A stretch of 64,000 nt of DNA from Candidatus Nitronauta litoralis. Its GTDB lineage: Bacteria > Nitrospinota > Nitrospinia > Nitrospinales > Nitrospinaceae. Below the pieces are notes generated by a model, which was given only the letters and a program-made list of their open reading frames with translations, was not told the DNA's origin and searched no databases. The stretch covers positions 3,472,060 through 3,536,059 of the forward strand of contig CP048685.1 of the NCBI GenBank assembly GCA_015698285.1, read 5' to 3'. Within the stretch, counting starts at the first letter, position 1. Each line of letters begins with the position of its first letter. This document shows positions 48,466-58,652 of this stretch, in pieces. A program made the translations under genes and the position numbers.

Positions 48466-48891
48466 ATGACAACAGAAGAACGTTTTCAGGACAATCCGTC
48501 AGGCCTAATCAGCGATAAGCTGCATAAAAAATTCTGGTTACCAAAAGATTCTCAGGGGGACCTGGGCAAATGGGTTAACTGGGAGGAGGCAAAAAATTAC
48601 ATTCTCACCATGTGCCACGTTTATGCTGGAGGGTTTTCGGATTGGCGTTTACCGACCAAAGAAGAAGCATTGTCACTCTATGTACCTGAACTCAACTGCC
48701 TTGATCATGAGGGAGAAGTACTGCACATAGCACCTGTGTTTGTCCCAAAGGGTGGTCAATATCTCTGGACCAGTGAAGAAAATGAGGAAGGGCAGGCTTT
48801 GCGGGTAAACCTGCGCGAGGGAACCTCGGAGTTTGTGGACAAACAGACCAGGGAATTTCATGCCACACGTGGCGTCCGAGACATGTCCTGA
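48466..48891 (+). CDS. DUF1566 (Lcl C-terminal-like) domain protein
   Basis: NWEEAKNY...AGGFSDWRLPTKEEALSLY and ...YLWTSE are characteristic of DUF1566. No signal peptide seen. Confidence 0.65.
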   Translation: MTTEERFQDNPSGLISDKLHKKFWLPKDSQGDLGKWVNWEEAKNYILTMCHVYAGGFSDWRLPTKEEALSLYVPELNCLDHEGEVLHIAPVFVPKGGQYLWTSEENEEGQALRVNLREGTSEFVDKQTREFHATRGVRDMS

Positions 48892-48896
48892 TCAAA

Positions 48897-49280
48897 CTAG
48901 GTCAGGTTTGCGAATTCAAAAAATGTTTTCGGGCTCATAAGTTCTACTTTTCCGTAATCATCCCCACAGAATGTCTTTTCCAAAACAGCCTTGTTATCAG
49001 GGAGGGCTGCTAAAATATCAGCGTGTTTTGTGTTGTCAAAACCACTGAATAAAGTTCCCGGCGAATCCCCATGGATGTCTTTCGGAAATAACCGTGCAAT
49101 CCGGGTTTTCATTTCCTTAATATGGACATCAACGCAAAGTCCCTGCGCAACTCCCCAAACAGTAGATATTTCTCCATACTGCAGGTCCGGTATGACAATA
49201 CTATCCTCAAATTTTACAGCTGGAAGGGGTTTCACTTGCCCCCTTAGCCAGACTTTACCCTCATCCTGAATATCGCTCAT
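48897..49280 (-). CDS. hypothetical protein
   Basis: 127-aa ORF with an AAGGGA SD-like element upstream. No family recognised. Convergent with the DUF1566 gene, 5 nt apart. Confidence 0.45.
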   Translation of the reverse strand: MSDIQDEGKVWLRGQVKPLPAVKFEDSIVIPDLQYGEISTVWGVAQGLCVDVHIKEMKTRIARLFPKDIHGDSPGTLFSGFDNTKHADILAALPDNKAVLEKTFCGDDYGKVELMSPKTFFEFANLT

Positions 49281-49442
49281 ATATGGTTCCCTTTTGACTT
49301 GGCCCCGAATTTATAACATAATTTTCAATTGTATTTAAATGTCGAATCTATATTTTCGACCATTGGTATTGTCTAATCACCGAGACCAGTCGGGCATACT
49401 GAACAAACCAGTTTATTAACTCCTTTTTTATAATTTACTCTC

Positions 49443-50585
49443 TTGAACCCCCATATCACAAAACGACTTCAACAGGCTCTTGATCAGAGAAAACAAGCAG
49501 GTCTGTTTAGAAAAATAACGTCTGCCCCAGGAATACGCATAAATCTATCCAGCAATGATTACCTTAACCTGAGAACAAATCCGGAAATTATTCGTGCTTC
49601 TCAGAAAGCCACTGAAGATTATGGCTCAGGAAGTGGCGCCTCCCCTCTTCTCACAGGTTTTGGCCTGCTTCACAATCAACTCCTTCTTGCCTTGCAGAAG
49701 TGGATTGGAAAAAAGTCAGGTCTCCTGTTTAATTCAGGTTTCATGGCCAATCAGGCATTGGTCCACCATCTACCGGGGCCAAACGACCTGATTCTGACCG
49801 ATCGACTTATCCATCACTCGATCGCACAGGCCCTTGGTCAAAAAAATACAAATTTTCATCGTTTTCATCATAATGACCTGGACCATCTAGAGTCACTTCT
49901 CGAAAAAAATCAAAAGGATTATGGAACGCTATTTGTTTTTACTGAGAGCTTGTACAGTATGGATGGAGATTCCCCCGACCTTTTACGCCTGGCTCGTTTA
50001 AAACAGAAGCATGACTTCTTTTGGATTCTTGATGAAGCACACGCACTGGGCGTGTATGGACCAAAAGGCGAAGGCCTGGCCAAGGAAACAGAAGTGCTGG
50101 AGCATGTCGATATTCTTGTCGGCACGTTGGGAAAATCCTTCGCCAGCATGGGAGCTTTTATACTAACAGACTCTAAAGAGGTGACGGATTATCTCACCAA
50201 TTTCTCCGGTGAGCTTATTTACTCAACCTTTTTGCCCCCAGCAGCAGCTGGCACTGCTCTGGCTGCATTAGATCAAATTAAATGTTCGCGACACCAATCG
50301 AAGGATCTTCGTGAGCTATCAACATCTTTCAGAAGCCAATTGGTGGAAGAAGGACACAAAACCATCGACGGAGACTCCCCTATCGTCCCGGTCATTTTTG
50401 ACGAACCGAACCAGGTTTTAAAAGTCCAGGAGCAACTTTTAGATGCAGGTATTGCAGTTGCTGCAATTCGCCCTCCAACTGTTCCTCCAGGTAAATCACG
50501 CCTTCGGCTTTCCCTTCACACAGGAATTAACTCTTCACATCTTGATGAGTTTCTTAATGTGACGAATCAATGCGGAGTCCTTTAA
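49443..50585 (+). CDS. bioF: 8-amino-7-oxononanoate synthase
   Basis: TTG start. PLP alpha-oxoamine synthase motifs: NDYL, GSGASPLLTG, DEAHALGVYG and GTLGKSFA (PLP Lys). Confidence 0.9.
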   Translation: MNPHITKRLQQALDQRKQAGLFRKITSAPGIRINLSSNDYLNLRTNPEIIRASQKATEDYGSGSGASPLLTGFGLLHNQLLLALQKWIGKKSGLLFNSGFMANQALVHHLPGPNDLILTDRLIHHSIAQALGQKNTNFHRFHHNDLDHLESLLEKNQKDYGTLFVFTESLYSMDGDSPDLLRLARLKQKHDFFWILDEAHALGVYGPKGEGLAKETEVLEHVDILVGTLGKSFASMGAFILTDSKEVTDYLTNFSGELIYSTFLPPAAAGTALAALDQIKCSRHQSKDLRELSTSFRSQLVEEGHKTIDGDSPIVPVIFDEPNQVLKVQEQLLDAGIAVAAIRPPTVPPGKSRLRLSLHTGINSSHLDEFLNVTNQCGVL

Positions 50586-51214
50586 CGATAATCGGCATTT
50601 GTGGGTGGGCCATTCCTTCACTCTGGTTCCAAAGTCAAATTAAACTGGCATTCCCGGATTCACATGTTGAGGCTTTCTATCCTCAAAATCCTGCTGACGA
50701 GAACGAAGCACACAGTTTTATAAATCAAAACTCAGCCGAGCTCTGGATCGGATATTCCCTTGGAAGCCTCTGGCTTCTCAAATATGCCCACCTCCTGAAA
50801 GCTTCAAAAAAAACGGCCCTTCTTTGCCCAGTATTAGGATTTCCAAATGAAATGAACCTGGGTGGTAAAATTTCAGTCGTTCAATTAAACTACATCACAA
50901 GGAATCTGACGCGCAAACCGAACGATAAGAGTCCGGTATTTGATTTCCTGAAGCTGATTGGAGTGAATAGAAACGATAAAAGTTTCAAGTTAAATATCGA
51001 ACCATCCACTCTGCTTAGGGGATTGGAGTTTCTACAGAATACGTCCATTGACCCAGAAAATTTGCCCGGGAATATCGCTATCATGGGAGATCAGGACCCT
51101 TTAATTGATTACCAATCTCTCAGGAAACTAATTCCCGATCTACTCGTTGTTCCAGATGCCGGACACCACCCAGCCCCACTCCTCCAATCACTAGCAGCTT
51201 CTTTCCAGCTATAA
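50570..51214 (+). CDS. small alpha/beta hydrolase, probable pimeloyl-ACP methyl ester esterase (BioG/BioH-type)
   Basis: 214 aa with nucleophile elbow GYSLGS, Asp in GDQDPL and His in DAGHHP. 16-nt overlap with bioF. The size fits the BioG (DUF452) class. Confidence 0.6.
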   Translation: MRSPLTIIGICGWAIPSLWFQSQIKLAFPDSHVEAFYPQNPADENEAHSFINQNSAELWIGYSLGSLWLLKYAHLLKASKKTALLCPVLGFPNEMNLGGKISVVQLNYITRNLTRKPNDKSPVFDFLKLIGVNRNDKSFKLNIEPSTLLRGLEFLQNTSIDPENLPGNIAIMGDQDPLIDYQSLRKLIPDLLVVPDAGHHPAPLLQSLAASFQL

Positions 51215-51227
51215 ACAGAACTTCGAT

Positions 51228-53504
51228 ATGAAGATTTTTGGAATTGATTTTACAAGCCGGCCTACTAGATCCAAACCTCTTGCAGTTGCTATTTGTTCTT
51301 TGCAAAAGGGTGGTGTCCTTCATCTTGAGGAAATTCGTCAGTTCTACCAATTTGAAGACCTGGAAAGTTTTCTTAAACAAAAAGGTCCATGGATGGCGGG
51401 ATTTGATTTCCCATTCGGGCAACCCCAGGCACTCATTGAAAGTCTAAAACTTCCTGAAAACTGGCCTCAATACGTCAAGGAAATTAAAAAATGGAAACCC
51501 GGAAGATTTGAAGGCAGTGTCCAAAGGTTTAAAGATAAAAATAAGGTGGGACAAAAAGAACCGCTACGCATCACAGATGCTCTTGCTGGGGCTCAAAGCC
51601 CGCTGAAACTTGTTCGGGCTCCCCTCGTCAAAATGTTCCTGGAGGGAGCTCCTCGCCTTTTAGATTCCGGAATATCCATTGTTCCCTGCAACGTCCGTCC
51701 GAAGGAAAACCGGTTTGCCGTCGAAGCATACCCTGCCTTGATTGCGAGGCGTTTTGCCGGCCCCTATAAAACTGACAGCAAGAAAAAAGACACACAAAAA
51801 CTGGAAACCGCACGAGAGACCATCTTGAATGAAATCCTGTCATCAGGGTTTCAAACTGAATTCCATTTAACATTAGAAATAGATACCACTCACAGGGATG
51901 AACTCATTGCAGAAGCATCGGCAGACAAGTTGGATGCTTTGCTATGCGCACTCCAGGCAGCCTGGGCATGGCGCAATGGTAAACCTCATTTTGGAATCCC
52001 TAACCCGGAACATCAATTGATTAAAGCGGAAGGATGGATTGTAGACCCCTGTCTGATCAGGGGCCAAATCAGAAAACGATCAGGGGTTAAATCGGACAAT
52101 AACACGGGCTCTATGGACGAACTGTCGAGTACAGTTCAGATAAAAAAACTACTTGCCCAGATAAAAAATCTTTCTGACATAGGCCGCGCCCTTTCGGGGG
52201 AAAAGGATTTAAACGCACTTCTCGAAATGATAATTAATGAAGCTCGGAATTTTACCAAAGCCGATGGTGGCACCCTCTACATTATTGAAAACGACCAGCT
52301 CCATTTCAAAATAGTTCAAAACGAATCTCTGGGAATCCGCATGGGCGGTATCACAGGCGAACCCATCACTTTTCCCCCGGTCGACATGAACCAGGCCAAT
52401 GTCTCGGCTTACGTCGCCATGACACAAAAGCCCGTCAACATTTCAGATGTCTACCGGTATGAACCTTTCGATTTCACAGGACCCCGCAAGTTCGACGAAA
52501 AAACAGGATACCGGACAAAATCCATGCTGGTAGTTCCAATGAAGAATCACGAAAATAAAGTTATCGGGGTTTTGCAATTACTCAACGCACGCAACCCTGA
52601 GAACAAAAAACGCGTTATTCATTTTGCAGAGGATTATGTCGGCCTGGTCGAATCCCTGGCGTCTCAAGCCGCAGTGGCAATCACCCATGTAGCACTTTTA
52701 GAAAATGTAAAGAAGGGATATGCTGACCTTGCCTTGGCTCGTGATAGAGCCCTGGAGAGCAGCCGGGCCAAGAGCCAGTTTCTCGCTAACATGAGCCATG
52801 AGTTGAGAACACCAATGAATGCCATTATCGGTTACAGCGAAATGTTGCTTGAAGAAACAGAAGAACGTGAATTGCCGGAACTGGGGGAAGACCTTATCAA
52901 AATTATTTCATCAGCCCGTTTTCTGCTTGAATTGATTAACGAAATTCTTGATTTGTCAAAGATTGAAGCAGGAAAAATGGATATTCATCTGGATACGTTT
53001 AATATCCACCCCCTTCTGAAAGAAATTATTCAGAACATAAAGCCTCTTCTCGATAAAAACAAAAATTCGTTGAAAACCCTCATACCGGATGCACTTGGCT
53101 CCATGACCGCAGACAAAACACGTGTCCGGCAAACTGTCATTAATTTACTTGGCAACGCCTGCAAATTCACAGAAGGGGGAACTGTCACTTTGTCCTGCAA
53201 ACGCGAAAAAAGGGGTGATACAGAGTGGATATTATTTTCTGTTACCGATACCGGAATTGGAATGACTGAAGAGCAGATGATTAATATCTTTAAGGAGTTC
53301 AAACAGGCCGATTCATCTACCACTCGAAAATATGGGGGAACAGGTCTGGGTCTTTCCATCAGCAGACGTTTTTGTCAAATGATGGGAGGCGACATTACGG
53401 TACAAAGCGAACATGGGAAAGGTTCCACTTTCACTATTCATCTCCCGGAGAAAGTGATCCCATTTACCAAACACCCCAGGCGGCGCGCTTCTGACAGGGC
53501 ATAA
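51228..53504 (+). CDS. soluble sensor histidine kinase: DUF429 (RNase H-fold) + GAF + HisKA + HATPase_c
   Basis: aa 1-275: [10 protein letters not shown]...AVEAYPA...[16 protein letters not shown] (DUF429-like). aa ~311-490: GAF. H-box [14 protein letters not shown]-box [10 protein letters not shown]-boxes DTGIGM and GGTGLGLSI. No TM segments. Confidence 0.85.
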   Translation: MKIFGIDFTSRPTRSKPLAVAICSLQKGGVLHLEEIRQFYQFEDLESFLKQKGPWMAGFDFPFGQPQALIESLKLPENWPQYVKEIKKWKPGRFEGSVQRFKDKNKVGQKEPLRITDALAGAQSPLKLVRAPLVKMFLEGAPRLLDSGISIVPCNVRPKENRFAVEAYPALIARRFAGPYKTDSKKKDTQKLETARETILNEILSSGFQTEFHLTLEIDTTHRDELIAEASADKLDALLCALQAAWAWRNGKPHFGIPNPEHQLIKAEGWIVDPCLIRGQIRKRSGVKSDNNTGSMDELSSTVQIKKLLAQIKNLSDIGRALSGEKDLNALLEMIINEARNFTKADGGTLYIIENDQLHFKIVQNESLGIRMGGITGEPITFPPVDMNQANVSAYVAMTQKPVNISDVYRYEPFDFTGPRKFDEKTGYRTKSMLVVPMKNHENKVIGVLQLLNARNPENKKRVIHFAEDYVGLVESLASQAAVAITHVALLENVKKGYADLALARDRALESSRAKSQFLANMSHELRTPMNAIIGYSEMLLEETEERELPELGEDLIKIISSARFLLELINEILDLSKIEAGKMDIHLDTFNIHPLLKEIIQNIKPLLDKNKNSLKTLIPDALGSMTADKTRVRQTVINLLGNACKFTEGGTVTLSCKREKRGDTEWILFSVTDTGIGMTEEQMINIFKEFKQADSSTTRKYGGTGLGLSISRRFCQMMGGDITVQSEHGKGSTFTIHLPEKVIPFTKHPRRRASDRA

Positions 53505-53538
53505 TGCTTTTATCACGATCCACTTTGGGATTGATTTC

Positions 53539-54261
53539 ATGAAATACCGGAATATCTGGAATGAGAAATACACTGAGTACCAAAACAAAGAAACCTCTCC
53601 TCCAGGTTTGGAAGAAATCCAGAGGTACCGGCAGGTTTATTCATATTACCTCAGACAATGGTTTCCAGAAAAAAAGGATGCACCTGTTCTTGAAGTGGCC
53701 TGTGGCTCAGGATTATTTCTGAACTTATTAAGAGAAAACGGTTATTCCCAAGCGTTTGGGCTGGACAGCAGTCCCCAGCAAATTGCTTTAGCGCAACAAC
53801 AGGGTTTCAATGTTGAGCAGGCCAACGCGCTTGAATTTTTAAAAAACGAAAGTAAACACTTTCAAACAATCGTTGCCTTGGATTTTATTGAACACCTTTA
53901 CAAGGATGAGGCATTGGATTTTCTTCATTCTTCCTTTAACAGGCTTGAGCCAGGAGGTCGTATTATCCTGCAAACACCTAACGGAGAAAGCCCGTGGGTT
54001 GGTTCGGTTTTTCATGGTGACCTCACCCATGAGGTATGCTATACCCCCCACCTCCTTGAGAAACTATTACGTCAGGCAGGATTTGAAAGTATAAAATTCC
54101 GTCCTTGTGGGCCCCCGCCAATTGACTTCATTTCAACTTCACGAAAATTTATTTGGGATGGTATGACAATGGTCTGCAGATTACTGAATATTATTGAGGG
54201 TGCCGTTTCAAGCGGCATTTACACTCGCGTATTTATGATTTCCGGAATTAAACCAGGTTAA
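53539..54261 (+). CDS. class I SAM-dependent methyltransferase
   Basis: Motif I VLEVACGSGLF, then GLDSS, ALDFIEHL and GGRIILQTPN. 240 aa. Confidence 0.8.
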   Translation: MKYRNIWNEKYTEYQNKETSPPGLEEIQRYRQVYSYYLRQWFPEKKDAPVLEVACGSGLFLNLLRENGYSQAFGLDSSPQQIALAQQQGFNVEQANALEFLKNESKHFQTIVALDFIEHLYKDEALDFLHSSFNRLEPGGRIILQTPNGESPWVGSVFHGDLTHEVCYTPHLLEKLLRQAGFESIKFRPCGPPPIDFISTSRKFIWDGMTMVCRLLNIIEGAVSSGIYTRVFMISGIKPG

Positions 54262-54269
54262 ACAGACTT

Positions 54270-55034
54270 ATGTCACAATCAGCACCCAAGCCGGATTATG
54301 AAGAAAAACTCATAGAAAGTTTTTCCAAACATGCCCGGAATTATGAGCGACACGCTCAATTACAGCGAAGTATGGCCGAACGACTGGCGTCCATGCTGCC
54401 CTGTCCCCTGCCTCAACCCATCCTGGAAATTGGATGTGGAACTGGTTTTTTCACAAAACACTTGCTCAGTAAAGAGGCGAAGCAACTCTACTTGAATGAT
54501 CTCGCCCCAGGAATGCTCGAAACGGTAAAAAATCAGCTGTCGTTGCCTCCGAAATGCGAGCTGTTGCTAGGAAATGCTGAGCACATGAAATTTCCCAAAG
54601 TCCGGATGATTACAGGAAATGCTGTTTTTCAATGGTTTCAAAGCCCGCAGGAAACCCTCTCCGAATTCACTCAATTTCTTGAAAAAAATGGAAACGTTCT
54701 GTTTAACACCTTTGGTTCAAAAACTTTGCAGGAATTTCGTTATCTGGGTTCACTTGAAAGCCCCAATTTTTTGTTAACTTCGGAACGTTGGGAGAATTCC
54801 CTGAAATCTGCAGGATACAAAATCACATGCAAGGAAACTGAAGAGCGCCACGTGTTTTTCCCAAGTACCCGTGAACTTTTAAAAAACCTCCAACAGATTG
54901 GGGCAGCTCCCATACGAATGCTAAAGCCCTCAGAATTAAAAAAATTGATTCGGGATTATGATGAAGAATTCAAAACCGATCAGGGTGTCTACACCCAATG
55001 GGAATTACTGTATTTTTCAGCATCAAAATTATGA
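54270..55034 (+). CDS. bioC: malonyl-ACP O-methyltransferase BioC
   Basis: FSKHARNYERHAQLQRSMAERL (BioC N-terminal signature), ILEIGCGTGFFT, and GNAVFQW (cf. ANLALQW). Confidence 0.8.
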   Translation: MSQSAPKPDYEEKLIESFSKHARNYERHAQLQRSMAERLASMLPCPLPQPILEIGCGTGFFTKHLLSKEAKQLYLNDLAPGMLETVKNQLSLPPKCELLLGNAEHMKFPKVRMITGNAVFQWFQSPQETLSEFTQFLEKNGNVLFNTFGSKTLQEFRYLGSLESPNFLLTSERWENSLKSAGYKITCKETEERHVFFPSTRELLKNLQQIGAAPIRMLKPSELKKLIRDYDEEFKTDQGVYTQWELLYFSASKL

Positions 55035-55098
55035 TCTTTCGGCCCGAGGAATATCCCGAAGTTTAAAGTCCTGCTCAAAAGATTCCGTTAAATACAGG

Positions 55099-57003
55099 AT
55101 GACTCCTGCTACCATCAAACCTATGGATGCCTACCAATCAAATCTGTCTTGCTTGTACGATCTGCATCCAGAGCTGGCAAAAAAGGTTGATAACCAGAAG
55201 TTTTCTGAAGCTTTCCAAATTGAGTCATCAAAATCCGGGTCCCCAACTCTTCTTCTCAAAAATCATGATGGGAAAACCCTTTCCTTGCACAGCAGATACA
55301 ATCCGGCGCAAGAGGCTGAACAGTTCATTCAAAAACTAAATCCTGAAGGCTCATCGAATTTTATAATTCTGGGATTGGGGCTGGGCTATCACCTTCTCAA
55401 TCTTATCCAAAATGCTCCTCGTCATTCGAAATTTTTAGTCGTTGAAAGCAAGGTTGAAATTTTTCATCGAGCTCTCCAGTGCAAACATATTGAGCCGTTA
55501 CTCCAGAATAAAAATATTCGCTGGATCGTCGGCGAAATCCCGGACCAGGAAATCACTACCCTGTCAGACTGGTGGGACAGTTTCACTTTAAACGGATTCA
55601 AGCTGGTTCGTTTCCCACCCCTTAGTCAACTTGACCCGGAATTTTACGAAAACATGCGATCCAGTATTGAAGAAACCTTAAGGGAAACACAGGTCGCGCA
55701 TAACACTCGTCGCACATTGTCCCGGCTTCTATATCAAAACTGCTTACAAAACTTCATGGTTTCCTTGAGTGCACCTGGAATCAACAATCTAAGAAACATT
55801 TTTCAGAATGATCCTGTATTGATTGTTGCTGCTGGACCTTCTTTAGACAAAAATATTCAACTGATTCGCGGAAGCCAAAGTTTTTGCAGGATCATTGCCG
55901 TTTCCACAGCTTTAAAACCACTTCAAAATGCCGGAATTGAAGCGGATTTTGCCGTAGCCATTGACCCAAAACCCGTTTCCTGTGTAGCTTTTGAAAATAT
56001 TAACAAGCCATTACGGACCCGCCTGATTTTTAATCCCTGCATCCCGGAAAATATTCCGAACAATTTTCAGGGAAAAAAGTTTGCGGTAGAAGCTCAACCC
56101 TATATCTGGAAGTTTTTAACCAGAGGCTTGACCTCAAAAGGAGAGCTGGGGAATAACAGTTCGGTGGCCCATACCGCCCTGAACCTCGCACTACACATGG
56201 GGTGCAACCCTATTATCCTGGTCGGTCAGGATTTATCATTTTCAAAAGACCGCTCCCACTGCTCCGGAGCCTTTCATGGAGAATTTCATCAGCAAAACAT
56301 CGGCACAAATCAAACTGTCGGCAAGCTGCAAAAACGAAATCGAAGTGATTCCATTCTGGCTGCCAGTACCGCACAAGATATTTTTGGAAACTCCTTAGTA
56401 ACGAGCAATGCCCTCGACACCTTTCGTTTTCCATTCGAGAGAATTAAAAAGAGTGGTGTGCGCCTGATCAATGCAACCGAGGGAGGAGTTAATATTTCAA
56501 ACCTTGAAAACGCTACCCTGAAGGAAACCCTGGCGGGATTACCAGGTTTTTCCAGGAAAAGCACTATAGCTATCGATACCCAGGATTCCCTGGACTTTGT
56601 CACTGAAGAGATTAAACAAAATATTTCCTCCCGAGTCCAATCACAGATCCAAAATTTTGAACACCTGTTACTTTCCATCCAAAACTGGGAAAAGCTGAAC
56701 CGTGAAATGGAGCTTAAGGAATCAGTTGAAGCCTCTTCTACTCAATCTAATAAGAAGAAACAGGTTTTAGCTGCAGAAATCATTTTAGAGGAAATAATCA
56801 AAGATGAAGACAGTGTGCAGTTATTACAGGAATACCTTTATTCGGCTTTCCTCGACTGGAATCAGGAAACCTATCAAATTGATCTTTTAAAAAATGAAAA
56901 TGAGATCGTTTTAAGAAAATATCAGCGAGACAGAATTATATTTCTGGAAATTGAAAAAGCGATTAAATGGTTAATATCCGAGTTTAACTCTTTGCTTCGA
57001 TAA
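55099..57003 (+). CDS. Maf / DUF115 (MptE-like) family protein
   Basis: PVLIVAAGPSLDKNI, IIAVSTALKPLQNAGIEADFAVAIDP and SVAHTALNLALHMGCNPIILVGQDLSF are core DUF115 motifs. The ATG at 55099 avoids overlap with bioC; the 54958 ORF start is likely spurious. Confidence 0.7.
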   Translation: MTPATIKPMDAYQSNLSCLYDLHPELAKKVDNQKFSEAFQIESSKSGSPTLLLKNHDGKTLSLHSRYNPAQEAEQFIQKLNPEGSSNFIILGLGLGYHLLNLIQNAPRHSKFLVVESKVEIFHRALQCKHIEPLLQNKNIRWIVGEIPDQEITTLSDWWDSFTLNGFKLVRFPPLSQLDPEFYENMRSSIEETLRETQVAHNTRRTLSRLLYQNCLQNFMVSLSAPGINNLRNIFQNDPVLIVAAGPSLDKNIQLIRGSQSFCRIIAVSTALKPLQNAGIEADFAVAIDPKPVSCVAFENINKPLRTRLIFNPCIPENIPNNFQGKKFAVEAQPYIWKFLTRGLTSKGELGNNSSVAHTALNLALHMGCNPIILVGQDLSFSKDRSHCSGAFHGEFHQQNIGTNQTVGKLQKRNRSDSILAASTAQDIFGNSLVTSNALDTFRFPFERIKKSGVRLINATEGGVNISNLENATLKETLAGLPGFSRKSTIAIDTQDSLDFVTEEIKQNISSRVQSQIQNFEHLLLSIQNWEKLNREMELKESVEASSTQSNKKKQVLAAEIILEEIIKDEDSVQLLQEYLYSAFLDWNQETYQIDLLKNENEIVLRKYQRDRIIFLEIEKAIKWLISEFNSLLR

Positions 57004-57008
57004 ACAGA

Positions 57009-57992
57009 CTATTTCCTGAAACCAACCAGCAGCCCGGAATCATCTTCAAGTGGTATTCGTTTCAATTTATTAAAACCTGTTTTCTTTAATAAAGCCTCAG
57101 ATTCTTTCCACGTATAGGTTTTCCCTGTTTCGGTGAAAAGCAGCATGGTGAGCGAAAACATGGACGCTTCCTGCGGGCCAGTACGCGTATCATTTAAAAA
57201 ATAGTCGAGCAACACAACACGCCCCCCCGGATTCAGAGCCTTGTTCATTTTTTTCAAAAGGCGCGTGTTTTCTTCAGGATTGTAAATATGCAGGATGTTC
57301 GAAAAAAGAATAGTATCAAACCCCTCCCCATATTCCGTATCAAATAAATCTCCGGGTATGGTTTCAACGCGTTTCCATACAGGTGTCTTACCCCATATCT
57401 CTTTAGCCACCTTTAAGGCCGACTTCCGATCCAGCAAAGTCCCCTGCCCTTTCTTATCTTTCTTTAAAATCTCCGCCGTATAGGAACCTGGGCCTGAGCC
57501 AAGGTCCAGCAAACGCCCTACAGGTTGGCTGGCAACATGCTCCGCCACCGATTTGGCACGAGTCTGACTGCGTTCATGCATGGCATGGGTGAACAGGGAA
57601 CGGCGCTGCGGGTCGTCTTTTTCATGGGTTCCCTTGAAGTTCCGGCCCTTCCGAATCACCCCCAGCAGACGGCCGTACTCCTCGTTGTCTTCCCCCTTCA
57701 GCATGATCGTGCCCTTTTTATAATGTGGGCTGTCTTTAGAAAAATGCTTGAACATTTCAGAGGTATTTGAATAACGTCCGTGTTTCAGGTGCATGGCCTT
57801 CAAGGTCACGAGGCAATTGAGCAATGCTTCAATCCCCTCCTCCGAATATTTCCCCGCTTTGGCAAGTGATTTGGCGGTGACTTTCTTTTTTCCAACCAGA
57901 GTAAAAATATCCAACTCAAGCGCTGCGATCAGTAAATGCGCTTCTTCCAATTGATCAATTTTTTGCACAAACTGTTCGTAGGTCAGCATCAT
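57009..57992 (-). CDS. O-methyltransferase (family 2, with N-terminal dimerisation/wHTH domain)
   Basis: N-terminal LELDIFT..., SAM motif LLDLGSGPGSY, then GDLF... and ILFSNILH..., GGRVVLLDY. Confidence 0.8.
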   Translation of the reverse strand: MMLTYEQFVQKIDQLEEAHLLIAALELDIFTLVGKKKVTAKSLAKAGKYSEEGIEALLNCLVTLKAMHLKHGRYSNTSEMFKHFSKDSPHYKKGTIMLKGEDNEEYGRLLGVIRKGRNFKGTHEKDDPQRRSLFTHAMHERSQTRAKSVAEHVASQPVGRLLDLGSGPGSYTAEILKKDKKGQGTLLDRKSALKVAKEIWGKTPVWKRVETIPGDLFDTEYGEGFDTILFSNILHIYNPEENTRLLKKMNKALNPGGRVVLLDYFLNDTRTGPQEASMFSLTMLLFTETGKTYTWKESEALLKKTGFNKLKRIPLEDDSGLLVGFRK

Positions 57993-57995
57993 GAT

Positions 57996-58652
57996 TTATT
58001 CGTCCAATAGAGATTGGACAAGAGCTTCAAGCCCTTGCCCGGAACCGAAAACGGAATGCCGGACAATACCCTTTTTATCAATGAGGATTGAAGACGGGGT
58101 CCCTTTCATTTGATACGTTTCAAATGTGGCCGCATTGAATTCTTTTTTATTGAGGTAGGCTTCAACCTGCCTCTTGATCCAGGATTTATTCTCCTCCGGC
58201 ATACTGTCGTATTGTGGGAAATCCCTGTAGATGACCTGATTGATAGCCTCGTCAGAAACCTCCCCATGGCAGGGTGTAATGTGATCCCAGGCAACTGGAA
58301 ACGGGATGAAATATTGCAAGCGGTCCATACTTAACATATTCAATTCTGATAAATGCCGATGCGTTTCCCCTACCACTTCTCCTGTTTCCAGCAGTTTTCG
58401 AAGATTATCAATACTATTCAGCCGATAGTCTTCGAATGCAGTGGCCAGACCCCACACCTCAAGAGGCTGATCTTTGTTCTTAAGAAAAATATCGATCGCT
58501 TCGGGTAAACCACCCACAAAGCATCCGGGGCAGTTGACCTGAAACGCTTCAATGAGAATCACCTTCCCCCGATTTTCGTCAATAGTTCCAGGATTACCCT
58601 GGACCCATTCCTTTATGTCCAGCGGAGGGGCTGGGTTATCAATTAGTGACAA
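57996..58652 (-). CDS. thioredoxin-fold (TlpA/redoxin-like) protein with CPGC motif and large insertion
   Basis: VILIEAFQVNCPGCF and C-terminal GTPSSILIDKKG (cis-Pro region) are separated by about 130 aa. I prefer the TTG at 58652, preceded by AGGAGG with a 9-nt spacer, over the ORF-track TTG at 58682. Confidence 0.6.
   Translation of the reverse strand: MSLIDNPAPPLDIKEWVQGNPGTIDENRGKVILIEAFQVNCPGCFVGGLPEAIDIFLKNKDQPLEVWGLATAFEDYRLNSIDNLRKLLETGEVVGETHRHLSELNMLSMDRLQYFIPFPVAWDHITPCHGEVSDEAINQVIYRDFPQYDSMPEENKSWIKRQVEAYLNKKEFNAATFETYQMKGTPSSILIDKKGIVRHSVFGSGQGLEALVQSLLDE

Noticed and set aside
54958-55098. 5' extension of the Maf-like ORF overlapping the end of bioC by 77 nt
   Set aside because: The extension is out of frame within bioC and has no SD. 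The conserved DUF115 sequence begins well downstream, and the ATG at 55099 gives a clean non-overlapping gene.
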